64,000 bases of DNA from an uncultured Eubacteriales bacterium (GTDB lineage Bacteria > Acidobacteriota > Aminicenantia > Aminicenantales > Aminicenantaceae), in assembly GCA_964550165.1 (NCBI GenBank), contig CAZJYC010000004.1, forward strand, positions 2,795 to 66,794, read 5' to 3'. Shown in pieces: positions 28,171-37,844 of the stretch (the first letter of the stretch is position 1; each line of letters begins with the position of its first letter). A program made the position numbers and the translations under genes. The notes beneath the pieces are model-generated. The model was not told the DNA's origin and did not search any database. It saw only the letters and a list, made by a program, of their open reading frames with translations.

Positions 28171-28260
28171 TTATCTGCATCTCCACCACCACACAAAATA
28201 AAAAAGAATCGAGCAAATTTATCTTTACAGCCAAAAACATTTCGTGTAATAAATTCTAAT

Positions 28261-30462
28261 ATGAGAAAAGCCGCATTTATATTTTTAATCGTTATCTTTT
28301 GTGTCATTAAAGCCTATGCCGTTGAAATCAAGGGAGAAGTTCTGAATCTCGAAGCAAAACCTGTTTCTGGAGCAGTCATTCTTCATCGTCCTAGCGGAAA
28401 CAAAGCGACTTCCGATGAACAGGGGCAATTCAGTCTGATTGTGCCAGACGAGAGAAGAATCAAGCTTGAAGTCCTTCATCCAGACTACATAGAACAGGAA
28501 ATTTCTCTCTCCGCCAAAGACCTCCAGAGAAAGGTTATTGTCAGACTCATTCCTTACATTGTCCAGAGAGAAGAAATTGTCGTCACGGCCTTGAGGTATC
28601 CCGAATCGTCTTCAAGCGTCCCTGCCGCTGAAACAGTTGTTCTCAAGGAAATCCTGGAAGAGACAATGGTTGCCAACATCACCGAAGGGCTATCCAAACT
28701 GCCGGGAGTCTACAGTATCGGCTCAGGGGGATTTTCTGTTGTTCCCAACATTCGCGGACTGGCCAGAAGAAGAGTGCTGATTCTGATCGACAATGCGCGG
28801 ATAACCAGCGACAGGCGAACAGGTCCAAGCGCTTCCTTTATCGAGCCCGGGGATATCGAAAAGATCGAGGTTCTGAGAAGTCCATCCTCAGTTTTTTACG
28901 GCTCGGATGCCATCGGCGGTGTCATCCATATTTTAACCAAAAAGCCGGCCGTCGACGGAAGATTTAGGGGAAATCTCAATCTCAAGTATGGAACAATCAA
29001 CCATGAAAAGGGACTGGGCCTCTCGCTCGAAGGGAGCCATAAGCAAACAGGTTTTTATCTATCATTCCAGGGAGATGACGCTGGGAATTACTCGTCTCCT
29101 AACGGTGAAATCCTTCAATCCCAATTCAGCCAGGGCAGTCTCTTTGGCAAAATCTCTCATGTCACGGAAAAAAGGGAGGTTCATCTCAGCTTTCTCGGCT
29201 CGAGAGGGTATGACATCGGAAAGACAAGCTCAGACAGTGCCAGCAAACCGACCTGGTATCCTGAAGAAAACCAGAATCTTTTCCAGGTTCACTGGCTCGA
29301 AAAAGGGGTTGCCGGAGACAGAGAGTTAGCCGCGCATGCCTTTTGCAACCCCAACTTTCTGGAAACCAAAAGAGAAACGTTCGAGCCTTACCATACCGAG
29401 CAATCAAAGACACGGAGCACGGACTACGGATTCCATCTTTCCTACCAGAAGAAGGCAGCAAATCATCTCCGTTTATCAGGGGGGACTGATTTTTACGGAA
29501 GGACCGCAGTCAAAGCTTATAATGCCTACAAAACCTATGACTCAGATTTTGATTCTTCGGGGAACCTGGTCGAGGCTATTGAAGAATGGCCTTTTACAGA
29601 AGGAGACAGGAAAGACCTTGGCTTTTTCCTCTCTGCGGATTACTCAGGAGTAGAAAATCTCGATCTCGTGGCCGGCCTTCGCTGGGATTTTCTCTGGATG
29701 AAGGCTCTGCCTGAAGACACTCCGCCCGGCGAAAAAAGAAATTACAGCACCTGGACGGGATTTCTGGGGTGCTCTTTTCGGCTGACTGAGGAGATTATTG
29801 CCTTTGCCAATCTTTCCAGGGCCTACCGAGCGGCCAGCCTGAGCGAATTGTTCTATACTGGCATAACAGGCCGGGGATTCATATACGGCCAACCCACCTT
29901 GAATCCGGAAACAAGCTTCAATCTTGATGCTGGACTAAAATTGATCTCCAGGCGCTTTTTTGCCGGCATTTATGCCTTTTATTACATCATCGATGATCTG
30001 ATAGAGCGGTTTACTATTACGGATGACATATACATTTACGGGAATATCGACAGAGGACAAATCAGCGGCTTCGAGCTGGAAATGGAATATTATCCTATTC
30101 CAGGCTGGAAAATTTTCGGGAACATTTTCTCTTTCAAAGGAAAAAGCAAGGAGACAAATGACCCGCTCTATGATATACCCGCTGCTCGCCTCTACACGGG
30201 GACACGTTTTTGGATAAGCCGTTTCTCCGCGGAAATCAATGCAACTCTCCAGTGCCGCAAAAAAAACCCTGGACCAGACGAAATTGAAATTCCCGGCTTT
30301 GGCGTGGTCAATTTCAAATCCAATTATTTTATCAATTCAAACTTGAAATTTTACATTATCATTTCCAATCTCCTGAATAAAGCCTATCAAGCAAGGCCTG
30401 ATCGCCGCAGCGTTGAAGAGCCCGGAAGGAACTTTCTTTTTGGCCTGAGCTATTCTTTTTAA
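28261..30462 (+). CDS. TonB-dependent receptor
   Basis: Signal peptide from ATG 28261, plug motifs (LPGV, IRGL, IEKIEVLR...YGSDAIGGVI), C-terminal GLSYSF. Confidence 0.95.
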   Translation: MRKAAFIFLIVIFCVIKAYAVEIKGEVLNLEAKPVSGAVILHRPSGNKATSDEQGQFSLIVPDERRIKLEVLHPDYIEQEISLSAKDLQRKVIVRLIPYIVQREEIVVTALRYPESSSSVPAAETVVLKEILEETMVANITEGLSKLPGVYSIGSGGFSVVPNIRGLARRRVLILIDNARITSDRRTGPSASFIEPGDIEKIEVLRSPSSVFYGSDAIGGVIHILTKKPAVDGRFRGNLNLKYGTINHEKGLGLSLEGSHKQTGFYLSFQGDDAGNYSSPNGEILQSQFSQGSLFGKISHVTEKREVHLSFLGSRGYDIGKTSSDSASKPTWYPEENQNLFQVHWLEKGVAGDRELAAHAFCNPNFLETKRETFEPYHTEQSKTRSTDYGFHLSYQKKAANHLRLSGGTDFYGRTAVKAYNAYKTYDSDFDSSGNLVEAIEEWPFTEGDRKDLGFFLSADYSGVENLDLVAGLRWDFLWMKALPEDTPPGEKRNYSTWTGFLGCSFRLTEEIIAFANLSRAYRAASLSELFYTGITGRGFIYGQPTLNPETSFNLDAGLKLISRRFFAGIYAFYYIIDDLIERFTITDDIYIYGNIDRGQISGFELEMEYYPIPGWKIFGNIFSFKGKSKETNDPLYDIPAARLYTGTRFWISRFSAEINATLQCRKKNPGPDEIEIPGFGVVNFKSNYFINSNLKFYIIISNLLNKAYQARPDRRSVEEPGRNFLFGLSYSF

Positions 30463-30543
30463 AAATTGTATGAGGCTGAAATCGAAAGCATCTCTCTCAA
30501 ATTCCGTTCAATACGAATTATGATTCAAGCGAGGAGGCCTGCT

Positions 30544-30789
30544 GTGAAGAGATTCATTTTGCTTTTCACTTTATTTTTATTTTGTCTGCTCTGCATTTTT
30601 TCTTCCGTAGGAATCGATGAAACCCGGAAGAAAAAAGTTACGCCTAATGCGGTCGAGAAACCCACGCCTGCGGAGCTTGGTTTGAAATGGTGGAATGACC
30701 AGGCGGCTTTAAAAGAAGCTTCTCCCTTCAAAAATTTGAAACGGCGATTTATGGGACCATGGGTGATGAGCGGCCGCAAAAAAAATTAG
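30544..30789 (+). pseudogene. Probable truncated N-terminus of a VPS10/BNR-repeat glycosyl-hydrolase-like protein
   Basis: RBS GAGGAGG plus GTG, signal peptide, then FKNLKRRFMGPWVMSGR (resembling LKWRxIGPxxMSGR) followed at once by a stop. Confidence 0.5.
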
Positions 30790-30801
30790 AAGGAGAGGAA
30801 A

Positions 30802-32892
30802 ATGCGCTCACCTTATCTTAAAAGAAAAACCGGTTTTTTCTTGGTCTTCATCCTTTTCCTGACACTTTTTGCTGCTCAGCAATCCCGGCCTTATACGCTG
30901 GAAGCCATCATGAGTTATGCTTTTCCGTCAAATCTTGTGGCTTCTCCTCAGGGAGATACTGTGGCCTGGGTTTTCAACTGGCAGGGAAAACGAAACATCT
31001 GGACGGCAAGAGGTCCTGAATACAGGGCTCAACAGCTCACAAACTATGCTCTGGATGATGGCCAGGAGCTTGGAGAGCTGGCCTTCAATTTTGATGGCAC
31101 AATCCTTGTCTATGTCGGGGGTGGCTCTGCCAACCGTGCTGGGGAATACCCCAATCCCACCTCCAATCCTGAAGGGGCTGAGCAGGCCGTATGGGCGATT
31201 AAGGCCGAGGGAGGTGAACCCTGGAGAATCGGTATGGGAAGCAATCCAGTGCCTTCACCGGTCGGGAATTCCATCGTATTCAGTTTGAGGGGCCAGATTT
31301 ATTCATCATCACTCGACGGCTCCTCAAATCCCAGGCAGCTTTTCAAAGCGCGAGGCAGCAACGGCTCTCCATCCTGGTCGCCTGATGGCTCAAGGCTCAC
31401 TTTCGTCAGCAATAGGGAAGACCACAGCTTCATCGGCATTTATGACCTGGACAATAAAGCTATTCTGTGGATTTCTCCCTCTGTAGACAGGGATGCCTAT
31501 CCGGTCTGGTCGACTTGCGGCAAACACGTTGCTTTTGTCCGGTTTCCAGGCAGGGCCTCTGTTGCTTTCTCTACAGGAGGACAAAAGTTCTCCTTGATGG
31601 TCGCGGACATCGAAACTGGCAAATCCCAAGAAATATGGCAATGCCCCAACGAAACTGGCGGCTTTGCCCAGTATTATCATTCTGAGCCGCTCCGTTGGGC
31701 TGCAGACGGCTATCTTGTCTTCTACTCAGAACACGAAAAATGGATGCACCTTTATTCCATAGCTACAAAAGATCAGAAAGTGGCCTGTCTGACGCCGGGA
31801 AATTATGAAGTCGAGAACAGCTTCCTCTCAAAAGACGGAAAAACTCTCATCTTCAACTCCAACTCTGGCGACATCGACCGCAGGCATCTCTGGTCAGTCT
31901 CTGTCAAGGGTGGCAAGGCGAAGCTTTTGACTCCAGGAGAAGGGCTTGAATGGGCCCCTGTTCTCACGGCACACAGCAGGGATTTAGTCTTTCTCTGCTC
32001 CACATATTCCCAGCCTGCGGCCCCTGCAATCCTGACCAAAGGAAAACAAAGGCTCATAGCGCCTGAAGTGATACCCAAGGAATTTCCTGCGAAAGAACTG
32101 GTCAAACCTCAGCAGGTCGTCATCAAGGCTCCTGATGGCCTCGACATCCACTGCCAGCTTTTTCTGCCCAAGGCGGCAAAAGCCGGCGACAAGCGGCCCG
32201 CCGTGATTTTCATGCACGGTGGCCCGATTCGTCAGATGATGCTGGGCTGGCACATGCGCGGCTACTACCACAATGCCTATGGAATGAACCAGTATCTCTG
32301 CCAAAACGGATACGTTGTCTTTTCCGTAAACTTCCGTTCAGGAATCGGATATGGATTTGATTTTCGGACAGCGGCCAACCAGGGCCCTCGCGGAGCTTCA
32401 GAGTACCAGGATATTGTGGCGGCTGGCCGATATTTACAAAAAAGGCCTGAAGTCGATCTAAATAAAATTGGTCTCTGGGGAGGCTCTTACGGTGGCTATT
32501 TGACTGCGTTGGGCCTTGCCAGAGATTCCGAGCTTTTCGCGGCTGGCGTTGATTTGCACGGCGTTCATGACTGGTCGCTCAGAGCAAGGCGCCGCGAGGG
32601 CGGAGGCTGGGGCATTGAAGGTGAAAACCTGATGAGTTCTGCTTATCAGTCTTCACCGGTGGCGGATGTCTATTTCTGGACCTCACCGGTGCTTTTCGTC
32701 CATGGGGATGATGACAGGAATGTCGATTTCATCCAGACAACGGATATGGTTCAACGCCTGAGAGCACTGGGCAAAGCTTATGTTGAAACTCTTATTTTTC
32801 CTGATGAGGTTCACGGCTTTCTCCGCCATGAAATCTGGCTCAAGGTTTTCAAAGCTGCAGCAGAGTTTTTTGACCGCTTCCTTAAACAATAA
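30802..32892 (+). CDS. S9 family peptidase (dipeptidyl aminopeptidase-like) with beta-propeller
   Basis: WSPDG repeats, HGGP, nucleophile GGSYGG, HGDDDRNV, DEVHGF. Confidence 0.93.
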   Translation: MRSPYLKRKTGFFLVFILFLTLFAAQQSRPYTLEAIMSYAFPSNLVASPQGDTVAWVFNWQGKRNIWTARGPEYRAQQLTNYALDDGQELGELAFNFDGTILVYVGGGSANRAGEYPNPTSNPEGAEQAVWAIKAEGGEPWRIGMGSNPVPSPVGNSIVFSLRGQIYSSSLDGSSNPRQLFKARGSNGSPSWSPDGSRLTFVSNREDHSFIGIYDLDNKAILWISPSVDRDAYPVWSTCGKHVAFVRFPGRASVAFSTGGQKFSLMVADIETGKSQEIWQCPNETGGFAQYYHSEPLRWAADGYLVFYSEHEKWMHLYSIATKDQKVACLTPGNYEVENSFLSKDGKTLIFNSNSGDIDRRHLWSVSVKGGKAKLLTPGEGLEWAPVLTAHSRDLVFLCSTYSQPAAPAILTKGKQRLIAPEVIPKEFPAKELVKPQQVVIKAPDGLDIHCQLFLPKAAKAGDKRPAVIFMHGGPIRQMMLGWHMRGYYHNAYGMNQYLCQNGYVVFSVNFRSGIGYGFDFRTAANQGPRGASEYQDIVAAGRYLQKRPEVDLNKIGLWGGSYGGYLTALGLARDSELFAAGVDLHGVHDWSLRARRREGGGWGIEGENLMSSAYQSSPVADVYFWTSPVLFVHGDDDRNVDFIQTTDMVQRLRALGKAYVETLIFPDEVHGFLRHEIWLKVFKAAAEFFDRFLKQ

Positions 32893-32971
32893 CGCAAGGT
32901 TGGCAAGATTCTCCTTATTAGAAGAGATAAAGGCAGAGGTCATAGCTAGACCAGTGGACGTTTTCCCCAGG

Positions 32972-33337
32972 TCAAAAAGCATCTTTTATGTGGCCAATGG
33001 TGTATTCATTCTTTTCGTCAAGAGATAAAGAGACAACATCAAACCGGCACTCAACATCCTCAAGGTTATTTTTTACCAAAAATCCCTGAGCAATCTTCTT
33101 GATCTGCTTCTGCTTGGCGGGATTGACAAATTCCTCAGGTAGCCCGAAATCGATCTTCCTTCTTGTTTTAACCTCGACAAAAACTAAGGTTTTTCGGTCA
33201 TAGGCGATGATATCGATTTCTCCCCTGAACATTCTAAAGCCTTTGGCGACAATCTTATATCTTTTCTTTTCCAAATACTGAAGAGCAATCCTTTCGCCCG
33301 ACTGCCCGAGGATCCGGGGGGATTTACGGGGCTGCAT
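32972..33337 (-). CDS. yraN: YraN family (UPF0102) protein
   Basis: GERIALQYL, GEIDIIA, LVFVEVKTR, CRFDVV. Confidence 0.92.
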   Translation of the reverse strand: MQPRKSPRILGQSGERIALQYLEKKRYKIVAKGFRMFRGEIDIIAYDRKTLVFVEVKTRRKIDFGLPEEFVNPAKQKQIKKIAQGFLVKNNLEDVECRFDVVSLSLDEKNEYTIGHIKDAF

Positions 33338-33358
33338 AAAATTTTTCCAGGGGAGATC

Positions 33359-34753
33359 TCATTTTTTGACCTTCCACCTCACGCCCTCTTTTGTGTCCTC
33401 CAAGATAATTCCCTGCTGGAGAAGCTCGGCACGGATTTGGTCAGCCAGCTTGTAGTCTTTTCTGGAGCGCGCCTCCTCTCTGAGCTTAATTTTTTCCATA
33501 GCTTCCGTCGATAATGTCTCTTCTCTCGCTTCGGGGAGAACAGCCAGGACACTGTTGCTGGATTGGAAGAAGGCGACCAGGTCTTCGGTATTTTTCTTGA
33601 AGACTTTGCCCTTGGGAATCAGGGTATTGACCTTTTTGATCAGCTCAAAGAGGGCTGTCAAAGAGACAGAGATGTTCAAATCATCGCTGAGGCCTTTTAC
33701 GAATTTCTGGCGTGTTTCTTCTAAAAGTTTGGCAATTTTCTTGTTTTCTCCTTCCTCAAATGTCCTGTTTTTGAGTTCAAAGATGAAGTCCTTCATCCTC
33801 TCCACCGAAGATTTTGCCTGATCCAGGGCTTCAAACGTGAAATTGAGCGTTTTGCGGTAGTGGGTGGAGAGAAGGAGAAAACGGAGAGCCAGAGGGTCAA
33901 CATGTCTCTGGAGAAGATCCTGCAAAGTGTAGAAATTTCCTTTGGACTTGGACATCTTCTCGCCTTCGACGATGAGGTGATGGCAATGGAGCCAGTAGTT
34001 GACGAATTTTTTCCCCGAATAGGCTTCAGATTGAGCGATCTCGTTCTCATGATGAGGAAAGATGTTATCCACGCCTCCGCAGTGAATATCGAATGTCTGC
34101 CCCAGGTATTTGGAGCTCATCACCGAACATTCGATATGCCATCCTGGCCGGCCAGGACCTATCTCTGTCTCCCAGAAAGGTTCGCCCTCTTTCTTGTATT
34201 TCCAGAGCGCAAAATCATGGATGCTTTCCTTCTCGTATTCATCGGATTCGATCCTCTGTCCGGCTCTGAGCTCGCCAATTTTTATCTTCGAGAGACGTCC
34301 ATACTCGGGAAATTTGGCAATGCTGAAATAAACGGAACCGTCCTTCTCGTAGGCGTAACCTTTTTCAATAAGGCCCTTGATCATCTCCACCATCTCTGGA
34401 ATATGCTCTGTGGCCCTGGGGTAGTAATCGGCAGGAATGATGTTCAAGGTCCTGAGGCCTTCAAAAAAGGCCTCGGTGTATTTTTTCGTGAATTCCTGAA
34501 GCGTCACACCCTGAGCATTAGATCCCCTAATAGTTTTGTCGTCGACATCGGTGATATTCATGACATGGATAACTCCATAATCCATGAAAACAAGAAATCT
34601 CTTGAGCAGGTCTTCAAAAACGTAAGCCCGGAAATTGCCGATGTGAGGATAGTCATAGACCGTGGGACCGCAGGTGTAGAGCTTGACTTCTCCGGGAGAG
34701 ATGGAGTTGAAAGGCTCTTTTTTTCCCGTTAGCGTGTTAAAGAATTGAATCAT
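33359..34753 (-). CDS. cysS: Cysteine--tRNA ligase
   Basis: YTCGPTVY, HIGN, GRPGWHIECS, DIHCGGVDNIFPHHENE, KMSKS. Confidence 0.98.
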   Translation of the reverse strand: MIQFFNTLTGKKEPFNSISPGEVKLYTCGPTVYDYPHIGNFRAYVFEDLLKRFLVFMDYGVIHVMNITDVDDKTIRGSNAQGVTLQEFTKKYTEAFFEGLRTLNIIPADYYPRATEHIPEMVEMIKGLIEKGYAYEKDGSVYFSIAKFPEYGRLSKIKIGELRAGQRIESDEYEKESIHDFALWKYKKEGEPFWETEIGPGRPGWHIECSVMSSKYLGQTFDIHCGGVDNIFPHHENEIAQSEAYSGKKFVNYWLHCHHLIVEGEKMSKSKGNFYTLQDLLQRHVDPLALRFLLLSTHYRKTLNFTFEALDQAKSSVERMKDFIFELKNRTFEEGENKKIAKLLEETRQKFVKGLSDDLNISVSLTALFELIKKVNTLIPKGKVFKKNTEDLVAFFQSSNSVLAVLPEAREETLSTEAMEKIKLREEARSRKDYKLADQIRAELLQQGIILEDTKEGVRWKVKK

Positions 34754-34798
34754 GAGAGCCTATTATGAAAAATTACGATCCAGAGAGTCAACACTTTT

Positions 34799-35058
34799 AG
34801 ATGCATTCAAATTCCGTGATAAAAGATTGCTCCCTGAATATCCAAAGATTTTGGGAGATTGCCTCGCTCCCCTTCGGATTTTTAACGCCATTCTCCGTTC
34901 GCTCTTCTCGGCGGCTGCGTAACTCGCTCCGCTCAGACATACTCGCCGCCCGACTCCGTCGGATTCCCTCGAAGAGCGAACTCCGAAGGCTAAATCCTCG
35001 ATGGCCGCTGCGGCTATCTCCCAAAATCTCTTCGAATCACGGAACTTGGGATGCTTGT
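34799..35058. mobile_element. Most complete copy of the dispersed repeat; MITE-like, with imperfect terminal inverted repeats and a candidate 9-bp target duplication
   Basis: GCATTCAAATTCCGTGAT ... ATCACGGAACTTGGGATGC; AACACTTTT at 34790-98 and 35059-67. Confidence 0.6.
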
Positions 35059-35074
35059 AACACTTTTGACACGG

Positions 35075-35103
35075 TTGACCCGTTAAATCGTTTGTGCCAT
35101 AAT
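35075..35103 (+). promoter_or_regulatory. Sigma70-type promoter candidate for the LKR-SDH-memo operon
   Basis: TTGACC-17-CATAAT. Confidence 0.5.
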
Positions 35104-35142
35104 TTTGTTTAATCTATTTTTTCGTTGAGGGTGCTTCGGACC

Positions 35143-36459
35143 ATGAAAACCGTGATCGGTATCCGACGTGAAGACAAAAACCGCTGGGAAAGAAGGGCTC
35201 CGCTCATCCCAGCTCATGTTCGAGAACTCGTGCAGAATCACCGGCTTGAGATACGGATTCAGCCTTCCTCTATTCGCATTTTTTCGGACGAAGACTACGT
35301 TCGAGAAGGAGCAATAATCGCAGAAGACCTCAGTTTCTGCTCGATTGTTTTTGCCATCAAAGAGATCCCTCTCCATCTGTTCAAAAAAGAGGGTGTCTAT
35401 ATATTTTTCTCCCATACCATCAAAGGGCAACCGTATAACATGCCCATGCTTCGAAAGATGATGGAGCTCGACTGCACTTTGATCGATTACGAAAAGATTG
35501 CCGACGCGAACGGAAAGCGTCTACTCTTTTTTGGCAGGCAGGCCGGACAGGCAGGAATGGTCGATACACTCTGGGCTTTGGGTCAGAGGTTGAATCACGA
35601 AAAAAAGAAAAATCCTTTTCTTGCGATCAAACAGGCCTATCACTACAAGAGCCTGGTTGAAGCCAAAGAAGAAATCAAAAAGGTTGGATGGCAGATCCAC
35701 GAAAAGGGCCTTGAACCTTCTCTTGTCCCTTTGGTCTGCGGTTTTGCAGGGTACGGCCATGTCTCCCAAGGCGCCCAGGAAATATTCGATCTTCTCCCTT
35801 TTGAAGAGATTGAGGCCGAGAAAATAGAGTCATTCTTCAGAGAGAAGAATTACTCCGCTTCCAGAGTTTATAAAGTCGTCTTCAAAGAAAAAGACATGAT
35901 CAGGCCCACCAGCCCTGACCGAAAATTTGAACTTCAGGATTACTACAACCACCCTGAAAAATACACATCCATCTTTGACTCCTATCTTACTTACCTCACT
36001 GTCCTCGTCAACTGCATCTTCTGGACAGCCAGATATCCACGATTTGTCACAAAAAAGAGACTGAAAGAGCTTTATAAAAATAGAGAGCCGCGTCTTCGGG
36101 TCATCGGAGACATCTCCTGTGACATTGAAGGCTCTGTGGAAGTCACAGTTCATGCAACCAATCCAGACAATCCGGTCTATGTCTATGATCTCGTCGAAGA
36201 CAGGGCAAAAGACGGATTTGAGGGGAGAGGGCCTGTCATCATGGCCGTGGATAATCTCCCAGCGGAGATTTCCCTTGAATCCTCCGTATACTTCAGCTCA
36301 AACCTTATGCCTTTAGTGCCCGAAATTGCCAAAGCGGACTTTTCCAGAGATTTTCAAAGCTGCGAACTGCCGGAGGCCGTGAAAAAAGCGGTCATTCTTT
36401 TCCGGGGCAAGCTGACCCCGGATTATGAAGACATGAAGGATTTTTTGAAATCATTCTGA
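35143..36459 (+). CDS. Lysine-ketoglutarate reductase (LKR; N-terminal half of aminoadipic semialdehyde synthase)
   Basis: GIRREDKNRWERRAPLIP, FFSHTIKGQPYNM, LIDYEKI, GYGHVSQGAQEIF, GDISCDIEGS, MAVDNLP. Confidence 0.88.
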   Translation: MKTVIGIRREDKNRWERRAPLIPAHVRELVQNHRLEIRIQPSSIRIFSDEDYVREGAIIAEDLSFCSIVFAIKEIPLHLFKKEGVYIFFSHTIKGQPYNMPMLRKMMELDCTLIDYEKIADANGKRLLFFGRQAGQAGMVDTLWALGQRLNHEKKKNPFLAIKQAYHYKSLVEAKEEIKKVGWQIHEKGLEPSLVPLVCGFAGYGHVSQGAQEIFDLLPFEEIEAEKIESFFREKNYSASRVYKVVFKEKDMIRPTSPDRKFELQDYYNHPEKYTSIFDSYLTYLTVLVNCIFWTARYPRFVTKKRLKELYKNREPRLRVIGDISCDIEGSVEVTVHATNPDNPVYVYDLVEDRAKDGFEGRGPVIMAVDNLPAEISLESSVYFSSNLMPLVPEIAKADFSRDFQSCELPEAVKKAVILFRGKLTPDYEDMKDFLKSF

Positions 36460-36472
36460 GAGGAGCGGTATC

Positions 36473-37795
36473 ATGAAAAAAATACTGATTCTTGGCGCAG
36501 GACTTGTGGCTAAACCCCTGGTCAGGTATCTCCTCGACCAACCGGATTTCGAGGTCGAAGTGGCCAGCCGGACGGTCAGTAAGGCAGAAAAGCTAATCGA
36601 CAACCATCCTCAGGGAACAGCCAAAGAGCTGAACCTCAAGGATGAAGAGGGACTCAAAAAAGAGATTTCCAAGGCAGACATCATCATCAGCATGGTCCCT
36701 TACTCCTTTCACCCCAAAGTGGCTAAATACTGTGTTGAGTACAAAAAGGATATGGTCACAACCTCCTACGTGAGCGAAGTTTTGAAGAATATTGATGGAG
36801 AAGCCCAAAAGGCAGGCGTATTGCTTTTGAACGAGGTCGGACTCGATCCCGGAATCGACCATATGGAGGCCATGAGGATCATCCATGAAATCGAGGAGAA
36901 GGGCGGGGACGTCGTGAGCTTCACCTCTTATTGTGGTGGTTTGCCTGCCCCTGAGGCTAACACCAACCCTTTTGGCTATAAATTCTCCTGGAGCCCGATC
37001 GGAGTCCTTCTCGCCGGAAAAAACTCAGCCCAATATCTGAGAGACGGGCAGCAGATATTCATCCCTTCCCAAGACCTTTTTGCCGATTGCGCCATCATCC
37101 CCATCGCGGGGCTGGGCGAATTCGAGGGCTATCCCAACCGGAATTCCCTGCCTTATATTCAGCTCTACGGAATCCAATCCACAAAGACCATGCTCCGAGG
37201 AACATTGAGGAATAAGGGATGGTGCTCGACCATGAAGAAAATCGTCGAGCTGGGGCTCCTTGACGAAGAACAGAAAGAGTGGTCTGGGCTGACTTACGCA
37301 GGATTTCTCAGGAAACTGATGAATGAGCCAGCGGAAAAAGATACGAAAAAGGCGTTGAGTGCCCATTTAAAGATCAAGGACAGCTCGGATATTATCAAAA
37401 GGTTTGAATGGCTCGGTCTTCTGAGTGACGACTCCCTTCCTGTAACAAAAGGTTCAGCTTTAGACATCCTGGGTGCCGAAATGCTGAAAAAGCTTCAGTA
37501 CGAAGAAGGGGAGAGGGATATGATCATTCTCCAGCATGAGTTTGTCGCTTCTTATCCTGGGAAGAAAAAGGAGAAAATCACCTCAACCCTGATCGACTTT
37601 GGCATACCTCACGGAGATTCATCCATGGCGCGGACAGTGGGTCTCCCGGCTGCCATCAGCACAAGGCTTATTCTGGAAGGGAAGATCAAGGAGAAAGGCG
37701 TTCATATCCCTGTCATTCCCGAAATCTACCGGCCCGTTCTTCAGGAATTGAAAGAGATGGGGATTGCCTTTAACGAAAAAAGGAAAAATATCTAG
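36473..37795 (+). CDS. Saccharopine dehydrogenase (glutamate-forming, SDH/Lys9-like)
   Basis: ILILGAGLV, NEVGLDPGIDH, SYCGGLPAPE, YKFSWSP, EGYPNRNS, RGTLR, MARTVGLPAA. Confidence 0.93.
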   Translation: MKKILILGAGLVAKPLVRYLLDQPDFEVEVASRTVSKAEKLIDNHPQGTAKELNLKDEEGLKKEISKADIIISMVPYSFHPKVAKYCVEYKKDMVTTSYVSEVLKNIDGEAQKAGVLLLNEVGLDPGIDHMEAMRIIHEIEEKGGDVVSFTSYCGGLPAPEANTNPFGYKFSWSPIGVLLAGKNSAQYLRDGQQIFIPSQDLFADCAIIPIAGLGEFEGYPNRNSLPYIQLYGIQSTKTMLRGTLRNKGWCSTMKKIVELGLLDEEQKEWSGLTYAGFLRKLMNEPAEKDTKKALSAHLKIKDSSDIIKRFEWLGLLSDDSLPVTKGSALDILGAEMLKKLQYEEGERDMIILQHEFVASYPGKKKEKITSTLIDFGIPHGDSSMARTVGLPAAISTRLILEGKIKEKGVHIPVIPEIYRPVLQELKEMGIAFNEKRKNI

Positions 37796-37844
37796 GAATT
37801 GACGATAAAGCGATGATTTCTATATTTCATCAGGGGAGGATAAA

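Noticed and set aside
27963-28259. Small ORFs with similar peptides (SLRSDILAARLRR) at 28 kb, 34.8 kb and 53 kb as a protein family
   Set aside because: The similarity is a by-product of the nucleotide repeat; frames and ends are not conserved between copies
3701-34732. Long alternative-frame or antisense ORFs (for example 3701-4396, 14998-15855, 21767-22387, 25012-25809, 33860-34732)
   Set aside because: They overlap well-supported genes on the opposite strand and show no recognisable motifs, so they are treated as shadow ORFs
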